In this document: positions 37,301 to 51,104 of the stretch, in pieces
Numbering within the stretch: the first letter of the stretch is position 1
Layout of the letters: each line of letters begins with the position of its first letter
DNA from: Monocercomonoides exilis PA203
Lineage: Eukaryota; Protista; Preaxostyla
Length of the DNA stretch: 64,000 nucleotides
Direction of reading: 5' to 3'
Assembly (NCBI GenBank): GCA_001643675.2
Contig: LSRY02000021.1
Location: 1 to 64,000 of the forward strand
Program-made: the position numbers and the translations under genes
Notes under the pieces: generated by a model
The model's input: only the letters and a program-made list of their open reading frames with translations
Told to the model about the DNA's origin: nothing
The model's database searches: none

Positions 37301-40300
37301 ACAACACATTCATTGACATCCTCTGAAGAGAAGCGTCTATGCCTGAAATGCTGCGAGTTGCTAACTGAAAATTCTGAAAGGAATTTGTGTAACTTTGTGG
37401 ATCAGAATACTCAGACGAATGAAAAGTGACAGCACCTTCGCGATAAGCAGTTGATGCAATATTGCCAAATGCGTAGAATGAAGGATCGATGTAAGGGGTG
37501 TATGTCCAGATGTGTAAAAAGTCATCATCAACAAAAATTGATGAGTGGTGATCATTCTGTTTGAGTATAGTTGAATTTAAAGAATTGCTCTTTATGAATG
37601 AAGTATCTTCACTCTCAGTAAATCCTCCTTTGGAGGGACTTAAAGTATCAGATTGTTTGATAATTTGTGTGTCACCAGTTTTTGATTGATTTGAAGAGTA
37701 AGGAATAAGATTCTTGAACCAAGTGTTGTTTGGAGCTGATGCAAGTCGAGATAAGATGATTTCAGATGCAACTTGAGACATGTCCAGCAGTGTTGAGAGT
37801 ATTGTGTGCGAAATAATAAAGCCGAGAATTGGCAAATTGATAAGCGGAAGAATGAAAGATGTTGTGGTAACATCAAAGACACGTGATTGAGGAAGCCTGT
37901 CAGAGCAAATGGAGCTCAAAAGAGGGTCGCTCAATAGAAGTTGTGAATCGGTATCTCTGAACAGAAAAGAAGCTGAATTTGTTTGTGTTCTTCCAACGTC
38001 CCACAAATAAGAACCGTTTTTGGCTGTTTGATCTGCTGCTGAATCCTTTGAATTAAAAGAATTCTGATTGTCTTTTCCTTTCTTCCTTTTATTTTTCCCT
38101 GACTTTGGTGTTTCTTCTGATAGGAATTGAAGCATAGATATCTCACCTAGCTCAGATGGACCATTTCCCTTTTTTACCGCTTCTTCATCATTTCCATCTC
38201 CCAGCATTCTTCGACAGCGCCATTGAGGAGAACGCCACAGAGAATGCAGAGTTGGCTGGTCTCCATAAACAGACAAAACGAGAAGCGTGCCTGCATATTC
38301 GTTTGTCACAATCTGGTTTTCGTCCAAGTCATCACTGCTATCGTCCTCATCTCCATCTGATCCACCTCCTTCAAAGTGCTTCTCTCCATTGCCAGATTGC
38401 TCGATTTCGTTTGAAAGTTCATTGGCCTTTTCATTTGCATCAATGCCTGCTTGACCTTTCTCTCCTCCTCTTTGCAGATAGTTGCTCCTCATCTGTCTTT
38501 CGTGAACAACACTGCAATAACAGCTCTGAGTGAACAATGGTATCGAATTTGAAGGCAAATGAGAATAGATAGTCATGTTTAGAGTCGAGAAAGGCCCGAG
38601 ACGATCAATAAATGACGGAAATAAATGTGTAATCATTTTTGACGTTATCGCAAAATCCTTAGCTGGTGTAGCGCGAAGAAATTTGCTTAGAGTATGAAAG
38701 TGATTGCAGCCAGATGTGCTCTGCTTTGTGATACTGTCTGGTGTGTACTTCATTGTTGCAGAGCTTGGTGCAGAACCTGTTTGAGGGATGTCTTTATTAG
38801 ATTGAGCATCTTTCATATCTTGTTTGTCTTTTTGCATTTGAATTTGAGCTTTTTCCTTTTCCTGTTGCGACTGTGATGCCTGTTGTTCTTTTGTTGTTGA
38901 CTGTTTGTATGTTTCTTTCAGCTTATCAATTCGTATCTTGTTCCAATCTAGAAGAGAGCTCCAAATGCTGTTTCGATACGATCTTGTGTTTGTATGTTGA
39001 ATCGCCATTGCTATCAGCGGCACAGCACACATCAGCTGCAGCAGATCAGTCATCAACACAACAACAGGCTCAAAAAAGCTTCCGAGATGCAAAGAAGCTG
39101 AAGGATGCGTCGCGCAAAGAGAGAAGAAGGAGAGAGAAAGATACACACAAATGCGCACCTCACAGTTGTTTTCCAGCACATGCAAAGGAGGAGTGATCTC
39201 TTCTCCCACCAAAGAGTGCTCAGAAAAGACAGCTGCTGAAGACGGAACATTCTCTTCAGAGGGAGTTTCAGCTGGCAGTGGAAGCATCAAAGTCGGAGTT
39301 GTTGCACCAAACTGTGTTGTTGTCGCTGTTTTGGAGTTGTTTGGCATTTTCCCTCCTTTTTTGGTTTGACTCACCATTATTGGATTGGCAATGAGTTTGG
39401 GTGCAAGATTTGATTTGTCTAAATTTACTACTCCAAAATTTTTTTTGGAAAATATAGAGAAGTTAAATATGTTCAGTCCCAAGCTAATGTTCGCTTTAGA
39501 TGAATTAGATTCTGATGCTGATGACTTTGAAGAAGCACGAGAATTGTTTGTTGATGAAGTTGGTGATGATAGTGAAGACAATGATTGGCTATAAAATGCT
39601 TTAATCTTCTGCACTTCTGCCTGTTTGAGTGTGCTGTGCTTTCTCCGAAATAAATAATAAGTCATCGTATCAAACAAATCAGAAGCAATTGTCGAGTCAT
39701 CCAACATGCTGTTGAGAATAACAGGAACACCCAGCAGATGCAACAGCACAGTCGCTGCATCAATATCTGATCCACGTGAGCTCAGCGGAAAGTGTGGATA
39801 ATACGAGATTTCGCTGCAGAACAGGCTGGTTGTGCTTGCACCACCACAGCTGCAGCGAGAGGTGTATGGTGATGGCCAGAGGATCTCCTTGTAGCTTTCG
39901 GGATCGACGTCTTGTGGTAGATCGTTCAGCACAACACGCTCTTCATCCATGTCTGTGATGCTCACATCGTTTGGCAGCACTTTCGCCATCTTCTTTTTCT
40001 CTTCCTTTTCGAGATTGTCATAAATGATCAGCGGATTAACCATCTCCTCCACTGTCTTCATGTTTTCATCCATTTCCGTGCTCTGTCCCTTTGTCTCCTT
40101 TTTGCCACTCTTGTTTTTGTTGTCCGTATACTCCGATGTTACCCACGAGTATGAGCGAGTTGAAGCCAATGCTTCCTTGTTGATGGGCAGCCGCTTCATC
40201 ACCTCCTCCCCTTTGCTCGTCCGGCACAGTCGGTGCAGATCGCTATCTGTTGCAATTGGGAGAGTGCCAAACGGAGAAGGCTCAGCTGGCGAGCGAGTGC

Positions 40301-43300
40301 AGAGAAGAGACAGCAACGCATCAATCTCCATTCGAGTCGATGGTTTTCGTGGTATTGGTAGTAAAGAAAGACGAGGAAATGGGGCAAGGCAAAGCGGAGT
40401 GAACATAACATTAACTCTGTTAGACAAGCATGCAACGGATGTGGAAGGATAGCAAGTAGTCAGCCACGATGAAGACACCATGTCTGGATTGATGAGGAAC
40501 TCCCACGTATTTGATAGAGGGCCATTCTCTTTAATGTCAGAAGGCACAAAGGAGTCGATTATCAGATACATCAAATCAGTCTTGTTTTTTTCTCTGACTT
40601 GGACACATAAATCAGACAGTGTAAAGTGCGACGGTACATTTGCTTTGCGTGTTTGAGATGTAGAAGTTTGTGCAAGGGAACTAGTTGTGGCTGTGGAGAT
40701 TGCCGCGCTTGATGGCATCAGAATCTTTGCACTTGGTTCAATCAATGTGCTGTTTGGGTCTCTAAGCTCTGCAATAATCTGTCTTGCAACTGGCGAATCA
40801 ATACCATCAATCGATTTATCTGACATAATTCGTGTGTCAACCATCGAATTAAATGAAGTAGAATCAGAAACTGATCCTTTGCTTTTGCTTTCTTCGAGCG
40901 TTGAATGAACCAATGGGCTGAGTCGAAGTGATTGTGCAGCAGCCAGCTGAAAGAGAGTGGCATCTGAAATTGTTGGTGGAGGCGACAGATTGGCTGAAAA
41001 GAAGCTTGTTGGCACGCGGTTGTACTCTTTCTCGTCAGCCAGAAGCTTCATGGCAGACGGCTGTGATGTTGGCACGCCTGCAAATTGTTGGCTTGCTTCT
41101 AATTCGGAGCCTCTGGCAACTGGATTCATCCCTCTTGCTATTTGAAGCAAGATGCACAGACCAACTTTTGTTTCAGCAGAAAACAGGTTTGTAAGATGAG
41201 AAAGCATCTGCATCATCTTTTGTGGATCTTCAGACTGTTTTGAATTTTCATTAGCGGATTGCCAGAGAGTTGTAGTTGCACCTGAAGAAGAAGAAGAAGA
41301 AGAAGAAGAAGAAGAAGAAAGCGCTCCATTAGATGGTGAAGAAGGAAGAGCTGAAGGATTATCCGGCTGTAAAATAAAAGTGTCTCTCAAAAGAGAAGAA
41401 AACGGATCTTCTTCGTCTGACTCAAAAATCACACTGGAATAGCCAGCAGTTCTGAAAACATCCTGCAGCGTGATTAAAATGTCAAATGATGAATACGACT
41501 TGTTTGCATCTGCCTTCATCAGATAGAACTGTCTGATGATTGCGTCTGCCTCTTCCACAAGTGTATGTGTGTTGAACAGCGACTGGCAGATCATCTCAAA
41601 CTCCTCTGAGCTGAATGTGCTGCCCTTCTGTTTGCGCAAGTGAAACTTCAAAAACGACTCCATCAACAGCCTCTTGTGCCAAGAACGGTTCTCTTTGTAC
41701 CATTTCAGCCGCATTTCTTTGGCCTCTGAAATGATGTCGTGTGCATCCTCTTCATCGCGCTGCAATTTTGGTGTTTGTTCGTCTTCTTTTTTGAGCAGTT
41801 TTTCTGATGCAATATTGCTCGGTTCATTTGCATTACTCCTTATCTTCCTTTTGTTTCTTTTGGAATCCAAAAACCCATCTGTCTTTTCTTCTTGTGTCAG
41901 TTGCGACAAAAGCTGTTGCGCCAAAACTTGGTTTGGTGAGTCTGTTGTATGTAAAGAGCCTCCGCATTCTCCTTCGATCTCTGGAGACGGCTGATCCAGC
42001 AGCGCTGCCAGCTTTTCCAAAGAGTAGTTGGAGAAGGGGAGGTTGTAGTGGGTGTCTAGCAGATGCATCGAGTACTGCATGGGAAGGTGATGGGCCATGT
42101 AATATCCATCTGCCCGTTCTGGATAGAGTGTGAACTCGTCGCTGTTCCGAAATCCGCCCGCATTCTTCTCAGCCAGCAAAGTATACGACTCGTCTGAGTC
42201 ATCCAAATCGTCTGAGTCAATCGAGTGATCTGTGGTTGGCTGACCGTTCTTCCTGTCAGGTGACATTGCCACATACGACGTCATAAACAAAGCTGTTGGC
42301 GGTGCCAGAAAAGGGGGTCGTGTGGTTGTCAGGCGCCCTGCAAGCGAAAGGTAGATCTGTTCCCACTGCACAAAGTCAGCCCCGCCGTTCATCCGCACTC
42401 GTTGGAAGATTGTTGTCCGCTGCACGTTCCGTCGGCATGACTCGTCAAATACATCATCAATGAAGCGGGTGAAGAGCTGTGGGTGTGGTGGAGTCAGGTC
42501 TGCTATTTTTGGTACTTCTTTGTTCTCTAAATGATCAAAGGGATGCTTTGCGAGTTTGGATGGAGATGGAGAGCGAGGACGAATAAATACCTCTGGTTCA
42601 TCAGCAGTTGACGAAGAAGTCGTTTCCATTGAAGAAGAAGAAGATGTTGTTGTTGTTGTTGTTGAAGCAGTGGTCATTGATACTTGATTGATTGGTAGTT
42701 GAGATGCAGCGATTCCTGCTGATTGTGTTCTTTCATATTTTTCTGCTGACTGACTGTCTTTCTGTGCTTCCATCATTTTTTTAGAGTCTCTTCTTCTTTT
42801 CGTAAGGACGCTTTCTTCGTAGCACAATGTTTCTTCTTCGACATCCTCAAAAAATGACTCACCTGCATCGCATGCGTCGCAAAAGAGATTCAGGTTGATT
42901 TTGGACAGACGAAGAAGATGGAACAGAAGAAGAGCAAATGCAGATTTATTTGGGCGGAAGTGGAAGAGTGTGCTGTGGGTATTCCAATCTCCAATGTTCG
43001 TCGAAGAAATGTGAGAAGAATTTGAATCGGAAGAATCGGATGTGTTTTGTGTTGTTTTGGTAGCAATTTCGATTTTCTGTTCAGTCGATGAGCATTCTCG
43101 TGTTCTTTGGGCATTCTGATTCTCTGTCTGTTGTGCTGCTGTGTTGTTTTGTGTGTCTTTCACCTCATTTTTTGTGGGGTTAGAAATGTCAATTTTGTTG
43201 TCTTGTTTTATTTTGGCTGTTGGCTTCGCATCTTTCTGGCTTCTATGTGCTTCTCCATCTCCTTCACTATCAACTCTCACCTTTTCCTGTTGCATGCTTT

Positions 43301-46300
43301 TCATTTGGCTCTGCCTATCTGTCTGTCTCATACCAATCTTCTCGTCTTTCACTGAACTTGGCATGTGCTTCCTGACAAACGCAAACCAAGCATCATTCAG
43401 CAGATTGTGGGCATTGCAAATGTGACACTCGCTTTCTTCAGACAGCTCTTCGGTTGAGCAGCATTCGCAGAAAATGGAGCCCCACCACGCAAAATCCAAC
43501 AGGCCAGGAAAAGATGTGCGAGTAGACAGAGAGGCATCAGCATTTGACGGCTTGTTTGGATTTGAAGATGATGATGCAGAAGATGAAGATGTTGTTGTTA
43601 TTGATAATGATGGTGGTTTGGTCGGAGAAGAATTAATTTTCGATGAATTAAATGTATTTGATGCACTTTTTGAAGGAACTGCTGAATCATTGCTTACCAA
43701 AGGCGAAAGGGCACAGCCATTGCAGAATGTGGTGCCTGGACAGCGCAATAAAGATGGGTCATTTGAGCACAAACATTCATTCAACTCCCTTTTTCTTATG
43801 CTGACTGCCTTTTCGTGGGCAGACGGGGTCCAATCGAACACTCCTTTGGACTCTCTGACAGTGTGTGTCTGGACAGAGAAGGCAGGAGACGGGTAGAGCT
43901 GATGGCTCCTTTTGGTTGCATACAGCTCCAATGCCTCGCTCATGTCGATGCAGTCAATCTGAATTTCTGGTCTGTTTCTCTCAAACAGCTGGTGCATCGC
44001 TGCGGGTGTATGGTTGCCGTCGCAGCCAGCAGCAGCCGAAGAGATGTGCAGAATGCGCTGCAGAAGAGCGACGCCAAAGCTGACTGTTGCTTCACACGGC
44101 GAGTGGATCAGCAGCACAACAGACGCTGCCACAGCTGGCGAGAGAAGTACTGCAAAGCAGAGCTCGTCGTATTCGACACCAAAGAAGAAGGGAATGAAGT
44201 CAGCTGTGCTCTGTTTGGGTGTGATGCGTCTGACTGATGACTCAAATGAAGGAAGTGAAAATGGGTTGGATTGGTTGCCTTTTTCTGGACGTTGCATTGC
44301 ACTTGAAGAAGCTGACGATGATGATGATGAAAGAGTCGTATCTTTCGAGATATGAGGTGCCCGTGAAACAAGAAGTGTGTCAGTTGGACATCCTTGACGG
44401 ATTTCTGATGCAGATGAATAAGCATCGATGTGTGGCTGCTTCAAATTCGCCTTGTTCACTAATAGAATATTCATCAGCGCTCGGCAGCTTCTTCCATTCA
44501 GCTGCGCTTTCTCGCTTCGCATCTTCTCACCTTTGCTCACCCCGCCCCACCACTCTGCATATGTCAGCAATCTTATTCCTCTTGTTATCCCTTTCTTTGG
44601 CTCCAAATTGAGCACCTTTTTGTTCTTGTTCCAGTTCTGCTCATCGCTCAGCACGTCTGTCCCGCCGTAGTTGGCGAAGGTATTGAAAGAGGAAAACTGG
44701 CGGGGTACACACGAATGCTCAAAGTCGAAGGAAGGCGGAGACAGCGCATATGGCAATTCAGACGAGTCAGAGGAATCGAGTGTGTCCTCCAAACACACAG
44801 GAAGGGAGTCTGTTTGCGAGGCTGATGAGGAAAGAGTCTGTCCACTTTGCGTCTGAAGCAGGCTGTCTTGTCTGTTGCAGAATGTGCTGTTTCCAATTGG
44901 TGTTGCCGTTGGCAGCGGAGGAAGTGGAGTGAAGTACACAAAAACAGCATTCAAAAGCTCTCTCAAACTTTGCATCACAAATGGATCATCATTTAATGGT
45001 GCCTCGTCGATTGAGGTGCTGTTCCATTCGTTTGTGTATTGTGGTCCAACTGCTTCTGCATACAACGACTCAAACCCTTTCGCCTTCAATTTGTCTTTCT
45101 CTCTTTTTTTGCTCTTCTCTTTTTCTCGTCCCTCTCCTTTCTTCCCTTTCTTTGACTTCTCCTTCGTAGTCTGCGGGGCATTCTTCGTTTTGGAATGCTT
45201 TCTGTTGGCTTCTGCCTGCACATCAGCTGTTATTCGGTGGATCTGCCTCAGAACTCGTCTGACTCCATCGCTCATCACAAAGCAGCGAGCACCTGAGCCT
45301 TGTTGCACAAGAAGAACAGACACTTTGCATGCCTTCGACTGCATCAGCCGAAAGGAGATGAGCGCTGCATTTCCATCAAGAAGCGTCTCAAAGCCGTTGT
45401 AAACTGTAAGGGACGAAGAGAAGGCAGAAGAAGAAGTGTGTGTGTGTGAAGGAATAATGATTGATTGGCAACGAAAAGAAAAAGAAAAGATGAAATGAAA
45501 ATTTAAAAAAAATAAATAAATGTTATATTGTAACAATAATATTAATGATATTTAATCTGAATTATACCTTTGCCAATTGATGGATCAGCAAATGTTCGCT
45601 GAGTCCCGCAGATGAAATCCAAAAGAGTTGGAATCAGAGGAGAAAGTGTGTGGCACAACACAGCTAGCAATCAAATGAAGTGGTTTGATGGGAAAATGAT
45701 ATTGAAGGAAATGTTGAATGCATTCCATAAGAAAAGAAAGCACAACATAAAAATTGAAAACTTCTTTAAATGAAAGCTAAACAATAATACATACAATTCC
45801 ACATCAAAATTGGGTGGAGGATGTCGAGTGCAGCATGCACATGTTCCAACACACGCGATGTCAGCAGCAGACGCACGCAAAGCGATAGAATTGGCGGAAG
45901 TGTGTCTGTCCAGATGCGACTGGCTGCCCTAGAGTTCTGCTCACTCGGGTCAATCGAATAGGCACAAAACGGCGAGTCAAACGGTGACGGAGTGAAGATG
46001 TTTGTGATGTCGCTGCTGAAAGAGTGATTGGGCGGCATTTGCCCTGACGGTGATAGCATGTCTGCGCGGTGTGAGCCTGCAGTGCATGTCAGATAGCGTG
46101 TGGGTGTCGGAGTAGCCTTCAGCAGAGCAGACGGGTTGGCAATGGCCAGTGTGCCGAGCAGCGTCAGGCAGTGGCCAACAATCAGCATCGACGCCTGCTG
46201 AGTGTCGCGGAGGAACAAATCCGTCTGGAAATCTGCAGCTGCGCCGAGGACAGTCGGCACACACTCCGTGTTGTACACAAGTGCTGCTGCCAGTCCGTGG

Positions 46301-47731
46301 CGTGAGGCGAGTGTTGTCAGCAGCCGCAGAAGTGAAATGGCCACCGCAGCGTCGGCGATGGAGGAGCTGATCTGATCTGTGCGGACGTCTGCGCTTTGCA
46401 CCGGCAGAAGAGAGCCGGTGTAGTATGCGATGAGAATCTTGATCTTTTCGATGCATGGCTGCAGGGCATGCTGAAGGGCAGTCTCTGAATCCAAGCGAGT
46501 CGGTGGTGGATGTTCAGCCCACTCAGCATCAACCACAGCAGCCACTCCATCCAGCACAAGCACCTCGATCTTGCGTATCACGGTCAGCTCCGTAGCGATC
46601 TGGAGATATGGATCAATTTTGTCGTTATCAAGCATTGAGTTGACCACTTGGTGCAGATTTGTTGCTGTCTCCATCTTTTTTTTGAACGTTTCAACAGTTG
46701 ACTGAGTAGTTTCATCTGTCTCTGTTTCTTTTTCAATTTTGTCAGACATTTCTGTCTTTCTTTGTCGCATAAGTGATCCAGGCATAAACGGAAAATTGTC
46801 CATGACTTTGCCTAATACAATATTTATAGTTGATTCTCTGATAAAGTCGATGATTTGTGATCCTTGAAGATGAGCATCTCCAGCAAACATCTCCAGTGGT
46901 CGTTCTAACGCGGTTGGAATCAAATATCTACTCAGCGTTTGGGCATCCAAATCACCATGAGTATCGCTTCCATGTTCAATGGATTGAGCATATCTCAATA
47001 AATGGAAATCAAGAAGATATACAAGAAGTTCGAGTTTTAAAATTTCTGTAAGAAATCGTTTGTCTGTAACTTTAAACAATGCAACATTTAAAAAGAAAAT
47101 TCTTTTGAATAAATATTAAAAAAATCTCTTTTCAAACAAAGACGAAGTTCTTCTGGAATCTGACCAAATTTTCTCGTTTCAAATTTAGAGAAATGCTCAA
47201 GATAGGGAAAGTTTGAAAATGTTGTCTTGTAAAACGGATCTGGTTTGGAATTAATGAGTTGATTATTAAAATATTGATTAGAGCAGAACAAATGTTCAAA
47301 AAGATATGCATACCGAAAGATAATGTTTCAAAAAAATGATCAATAAATTGCAATTTATTTGTTTGGAATAAGTTCTTCGTTTCATTTCGATGAGATAAAA
47401 AAAATGAACAAGAAAATAGAAGCTCCAAAAACTAAAAATTATAAAAAATAGTATTAAAATTCAGTGAAATATATTGATAACAGTTATAGTTATTTAGCAG
47501 AATGATAAGCGCCAAAAACAAATATATGAAGCAGAAATGAGCAAAATAAAAGAAAGAACAATAAACTGGATAGTAAATAAAAATCCAAACTATTTCTTCA
47601 CAAAATGGTCCTTGATGTTTTTCTGGTTGAACAAATGGTGAAAGAATGCGATAAGTCTTTAGAACTTCTAAGAAATCAAGGCGTTTTTCCATTTTGTTTT
47701 GATCATTAACCAACATATGGCTTCTTAACAT
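25377..47731 (-). CDS. Giant hypothetical protein, ~7,250 aa, 6 exons; Ser/Thr-rich low-complexity tracts, helical ARM/HEAT-like patches, central charged coiled coil
   Basis: Exons 47731-47591, 47431-47314, 47239-47138, 47069-45795, 45663-45568, 45403-25377 join with matching phases through five GT-AG introns (total 21,759 nt). The last exon is a stop-free ~20 kb frame. The choice of start ATG is uncertain. Confidence 0.8.
33625..33733. repeat. (GAA)~36 microsatellite encoding poly-Ser in the giant gene
   Basis: Perfect GAA run on the + strand, read as TCT codons on the minus strand. Confidence 0.95.
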
Positions 47732-47770
47732 AAATTTTCGTTGTTTTGTTCTTAAATTGATATTAATCAC

Positions 47771-48535
47771 ATGAAATTTTCACCGCTAAACCTTGTTATA
47801 CCAATTTCTTTTGTGTGTGTGAGCATGGTGTATCTGAATCAATCACAGCATATTATGCATCGAAATATTGACACAAATGCTTACCGCGGCTTTTTGTGCG
47901 CTGGACTTTCGTTAGGATTAATTGCTTCTTTAATTGTTTATTTATGTACTTCAATGAGATTGATGGCAGTTATTGGCTCATTGTTTCTTTCATCAACACT
48001 GACTCATTGTGTAAGATGTTTGAAAGAACGGAAAATACAAAGGTCAAAGAAAATGTCGTTTTTTGATAAAGAAATACTTCTTTCAGCTTGTTCTTTTTGT
48101 GTGGCTACAATCATTTTTTGTTTGATAAGTGCAAGTCATCGGTTTTCTTTTTTGAACGTATTTATCGGAGGGATTAGCATTTCGTTTCTCTTTGGAATGC
48201 CTGTTGTTTTGATGCTTATTATGTCAGATCAAAAAGATTCAGCAGAAAAATTCGTGAATTATTTAAGGTTTGATTTTTACTATAAATGATTGATTGTTTT
48301 TAACTGATTTCATAACAGTCATGGTTCCTTTAAAGATGGTTATTGTTACATGTTTCGAATTATCGCTTTATTTGTTGAAAAATTCTTTTCGATAGATATT
48401 TTCACGGAACGATTTTCTACATCTATTTCACACATCGGACCTTTATTTATTTCATGCATTTTCGCTGGTTTTCTAGTTGGTGTTTTATTTGCTCGGCCTG
48501 ATAGTAAATCGTTGATAACATTTTCTGCTCATTAA
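47771..48535 (+). CDS. Multi-pass membrane protein of unknown function (~237 aa, 2 exons)
   Basis: ORFs 47771.. and 48350.. are joined in frame by a 51-nt GTTTGA..CAG intron (48268-48318); about 6-7 hydrophobic segments. Confidence 0.7.
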
Positions 48536-48599
48536 ATATTAAGAGAACATTTAAAGAAAAAAAAATTAAAAATGATCGAATAACCATAAAAAATTAAGC

Positions 48600-49084
48600 A
48601 TGTCTGAGAAAGATGGAGTTATCCCTCTGGGAATGAAACGTTCAGCAATGCGAGCATGTCTTGTTTGTGGCTTAATAAAAACTGCAGCACAATTTCAGGC
48701 TCAAGGATGTGAGAATTGCGAACGCTATCTCCAAATGAAAGGTGATAAAGAAAGAGTTGAACAAACTACAACTCAAAACTTTCAGAGGTTATTTGAATCA
48801 ACTTAAATATAAATTTAAATTTTGTTTATGCTCTTTTAATATTTAATCAAAAAGTCTTGTTGGAATTACTGATCCAATGGGTAGTTGGATTGCTTCACGC
48901 CTTCGACTGACAGAAAAGGTTCCAGGTACATTGCACATATTTCTTTTCTTTTTTATAAAGTGTTAAATTCAATTGTTATAAAAAATTAGGATGTTATGCT
49001 GTTTCTATAAAGGGAAGGCTTCCAGAAGATTTGTATCATGAGTTGGCTGATTCAAATGTTGTGATTCGCTCTGAAACTATTTAA
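48600..49084 (+). CDS. SPT4: Transcription elongation factor Spt4 (3 exons)
   Basis: MRACLVCGLIKT..QF...GCENC zinc finger, then TTQNFQ|SLVGITDPMGSWIA...VPG|CYAVSIKGRLPED; introns 48788-48854 and 48926-48989. Confidence 0.96.
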
Positions 49085-50103
49085 ATATTGTAATATTACG
49101 ATATATGGATAATACCAATCATTTCATAAATTTTCAATTCACTTTAAATTACATTTTGATTGATGTTACGAATGGTTTCCTTTTTTCAATTTTGAAATCA
49201 TAGAGGGCTTGAATTTTTTTAAAATCTATGAAAACTCTTATCACTATTTGTTAATATTAGTATTGTTATTACATTTGATTTTCATAAAAAAACAATAAAA
49301 AAACATTATTAAATCAGACGAATATTAGAAATGAATTTGTCGTTTTTTTTTTTTTTTTTTTTTTTTTTTATTCATTTCATTATAAATTAGTTCAACTCAT
49401 AACTTTATTTCACTTTCTCAGATTTGAAAATAAATTGGATTTTCATATCCACGAACATGTATAAAAGATATCATAGCATAAAGTTGAGTGATTTAACTCG
49501 TATTTCAAAAAATGAAATTATTTTGTCGAAAATTATTGTTCACAAATTGGATATCAAAAGTGCTTAACATTTCAATGAAAATGCCTGAAGTGTGACTTTT
49601 TAAACCATTTGTGTTCAAAAAGTATTCTTTTTATTTCTATATCAAAACTGTTGTAAAATGAATGATCATAAAGTTTTTCAAAAACAGATGGGTGATCATA
49701 TTTGTTATCATGATTTTTTATTCAAATCTTTCGGCTCAAAAACATCCCTTGAATATCAACAAAAATACACTGAAACGTAAAAAAAAATACAAAAAATATC
49801 TGCATGTTAATTTCAGCATTTGTATTAGCATTTAAACAGTCAAGACATGTTTCGCATTTGAATTCAAAAACACTTTCCAATGAAAACTACATTTGAAAAA
49901 ATAACACACCGAAAAATGTTTTGATTTCAAACAAAATAACTCATATCCATTTTTTTATCAAGATTATTTCCAGGATATTATCACTTCTTTAAAATTTTAC
50001 TAAAAGTTGAACAAGACCACAAAAAAAAATCATCCAACTATTTTGAATCTGAATTATTCTTACAATATGAATCATTTTAAAAACACAAAAAAAGATAAAT
50101 AGG

Positions 50104-50621
50104 TCATTCTTTTTGAAAAGTCGCAAATGTATAATTTTTGTGTTTAATAAAACTGAACATTTTTTGACCTATTTTTGCTTTAAATGCTGAAAACTTTGTA
50201 ACATACAGAATTTGAATTCACAAACATATATGGGGCAAAATATTTCTCTTCAAGCATTTTCATTGAAAAATTATGCACTTTTCATTGACTTTTTGTGATA
50301 AAGAGTTTTGGAAAAAATGGGTTTATTTTTAGAAATATATGTGAGGTCACAAAACATTTTGTCATTTCATCAATGATGTTTGTTTACAGTAATGAAAATC
50401 AAATTTATTTTGAAATCTGATAACGTTTTATTATGTAATAAGTTAAACAATTTTTTCATGTTTTGTGCATAAAAAGCTTGAAAGTTCATATTTTCCCCCA
50501 TATGATGTGAGAAAAAGTGCATACTGAAGAAATCTGATTAATTTATTACAAAAATGATCTATTTTGTAACATTTTTATTTTACCCGAAAATGAAACATTT
50601 GCGACTTTTCAAAAAGAATGA
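50104..50621. repeat. Older degenerate inverted-repeat (foldback/MITE-like) element
   Basis: Perfect 27-bp inverted pair 50104-50130 / 50595-50621, plus a diverged inner pair ~50219-50258 / ~50472-50509 sharing the same centre (~50363). Confidence 0.65.
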
Positions 50622-51104
50622 TACAAATAAGTTCATTTCAAAATTAAAGAACTAACCCAAAAAAAAAAATAATTGAAATCATAACTTTCATCGGGATGTT
50701 TGTTTTTCAAAGATTGTTCGTCTTTGACAGGTAATTTTTTATATTAATGAAAAACACATCACAATTGTTTTTAAATCAATGTCTTTGCAAAAATAAAGTT
50801 GAAAATGTCTTCTATTAGCCTTTTCATTTTTTACTGTTCATTTGTAAATGCTCAAGAGAATTATTCGGAAAAATATATTTGACAGAAAAAATAACACTTC
50901 AAAAATATTTTGCTCAGTAATGAATATTCATCGAAACGTGACAATTTGTAATTACGGATTCTTCATATTGTTTTCAAAAAACGGTTTGCCACACCTTATG
51001 AAATGAAAAAATCAAAATTTTTATACTGCAAAATGATAATGAACACGCATTTCAACTCACTCAATAAAAATAGGTTTAAACATTTTGCATATTAATTAGA
51101 TAAA

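Noticed and set aside
47771-48535. PIG-F/GPI11 assignment for the membrane protein
   Set aside because: Lacks the diagnostic PLDWDRPWQ motif.
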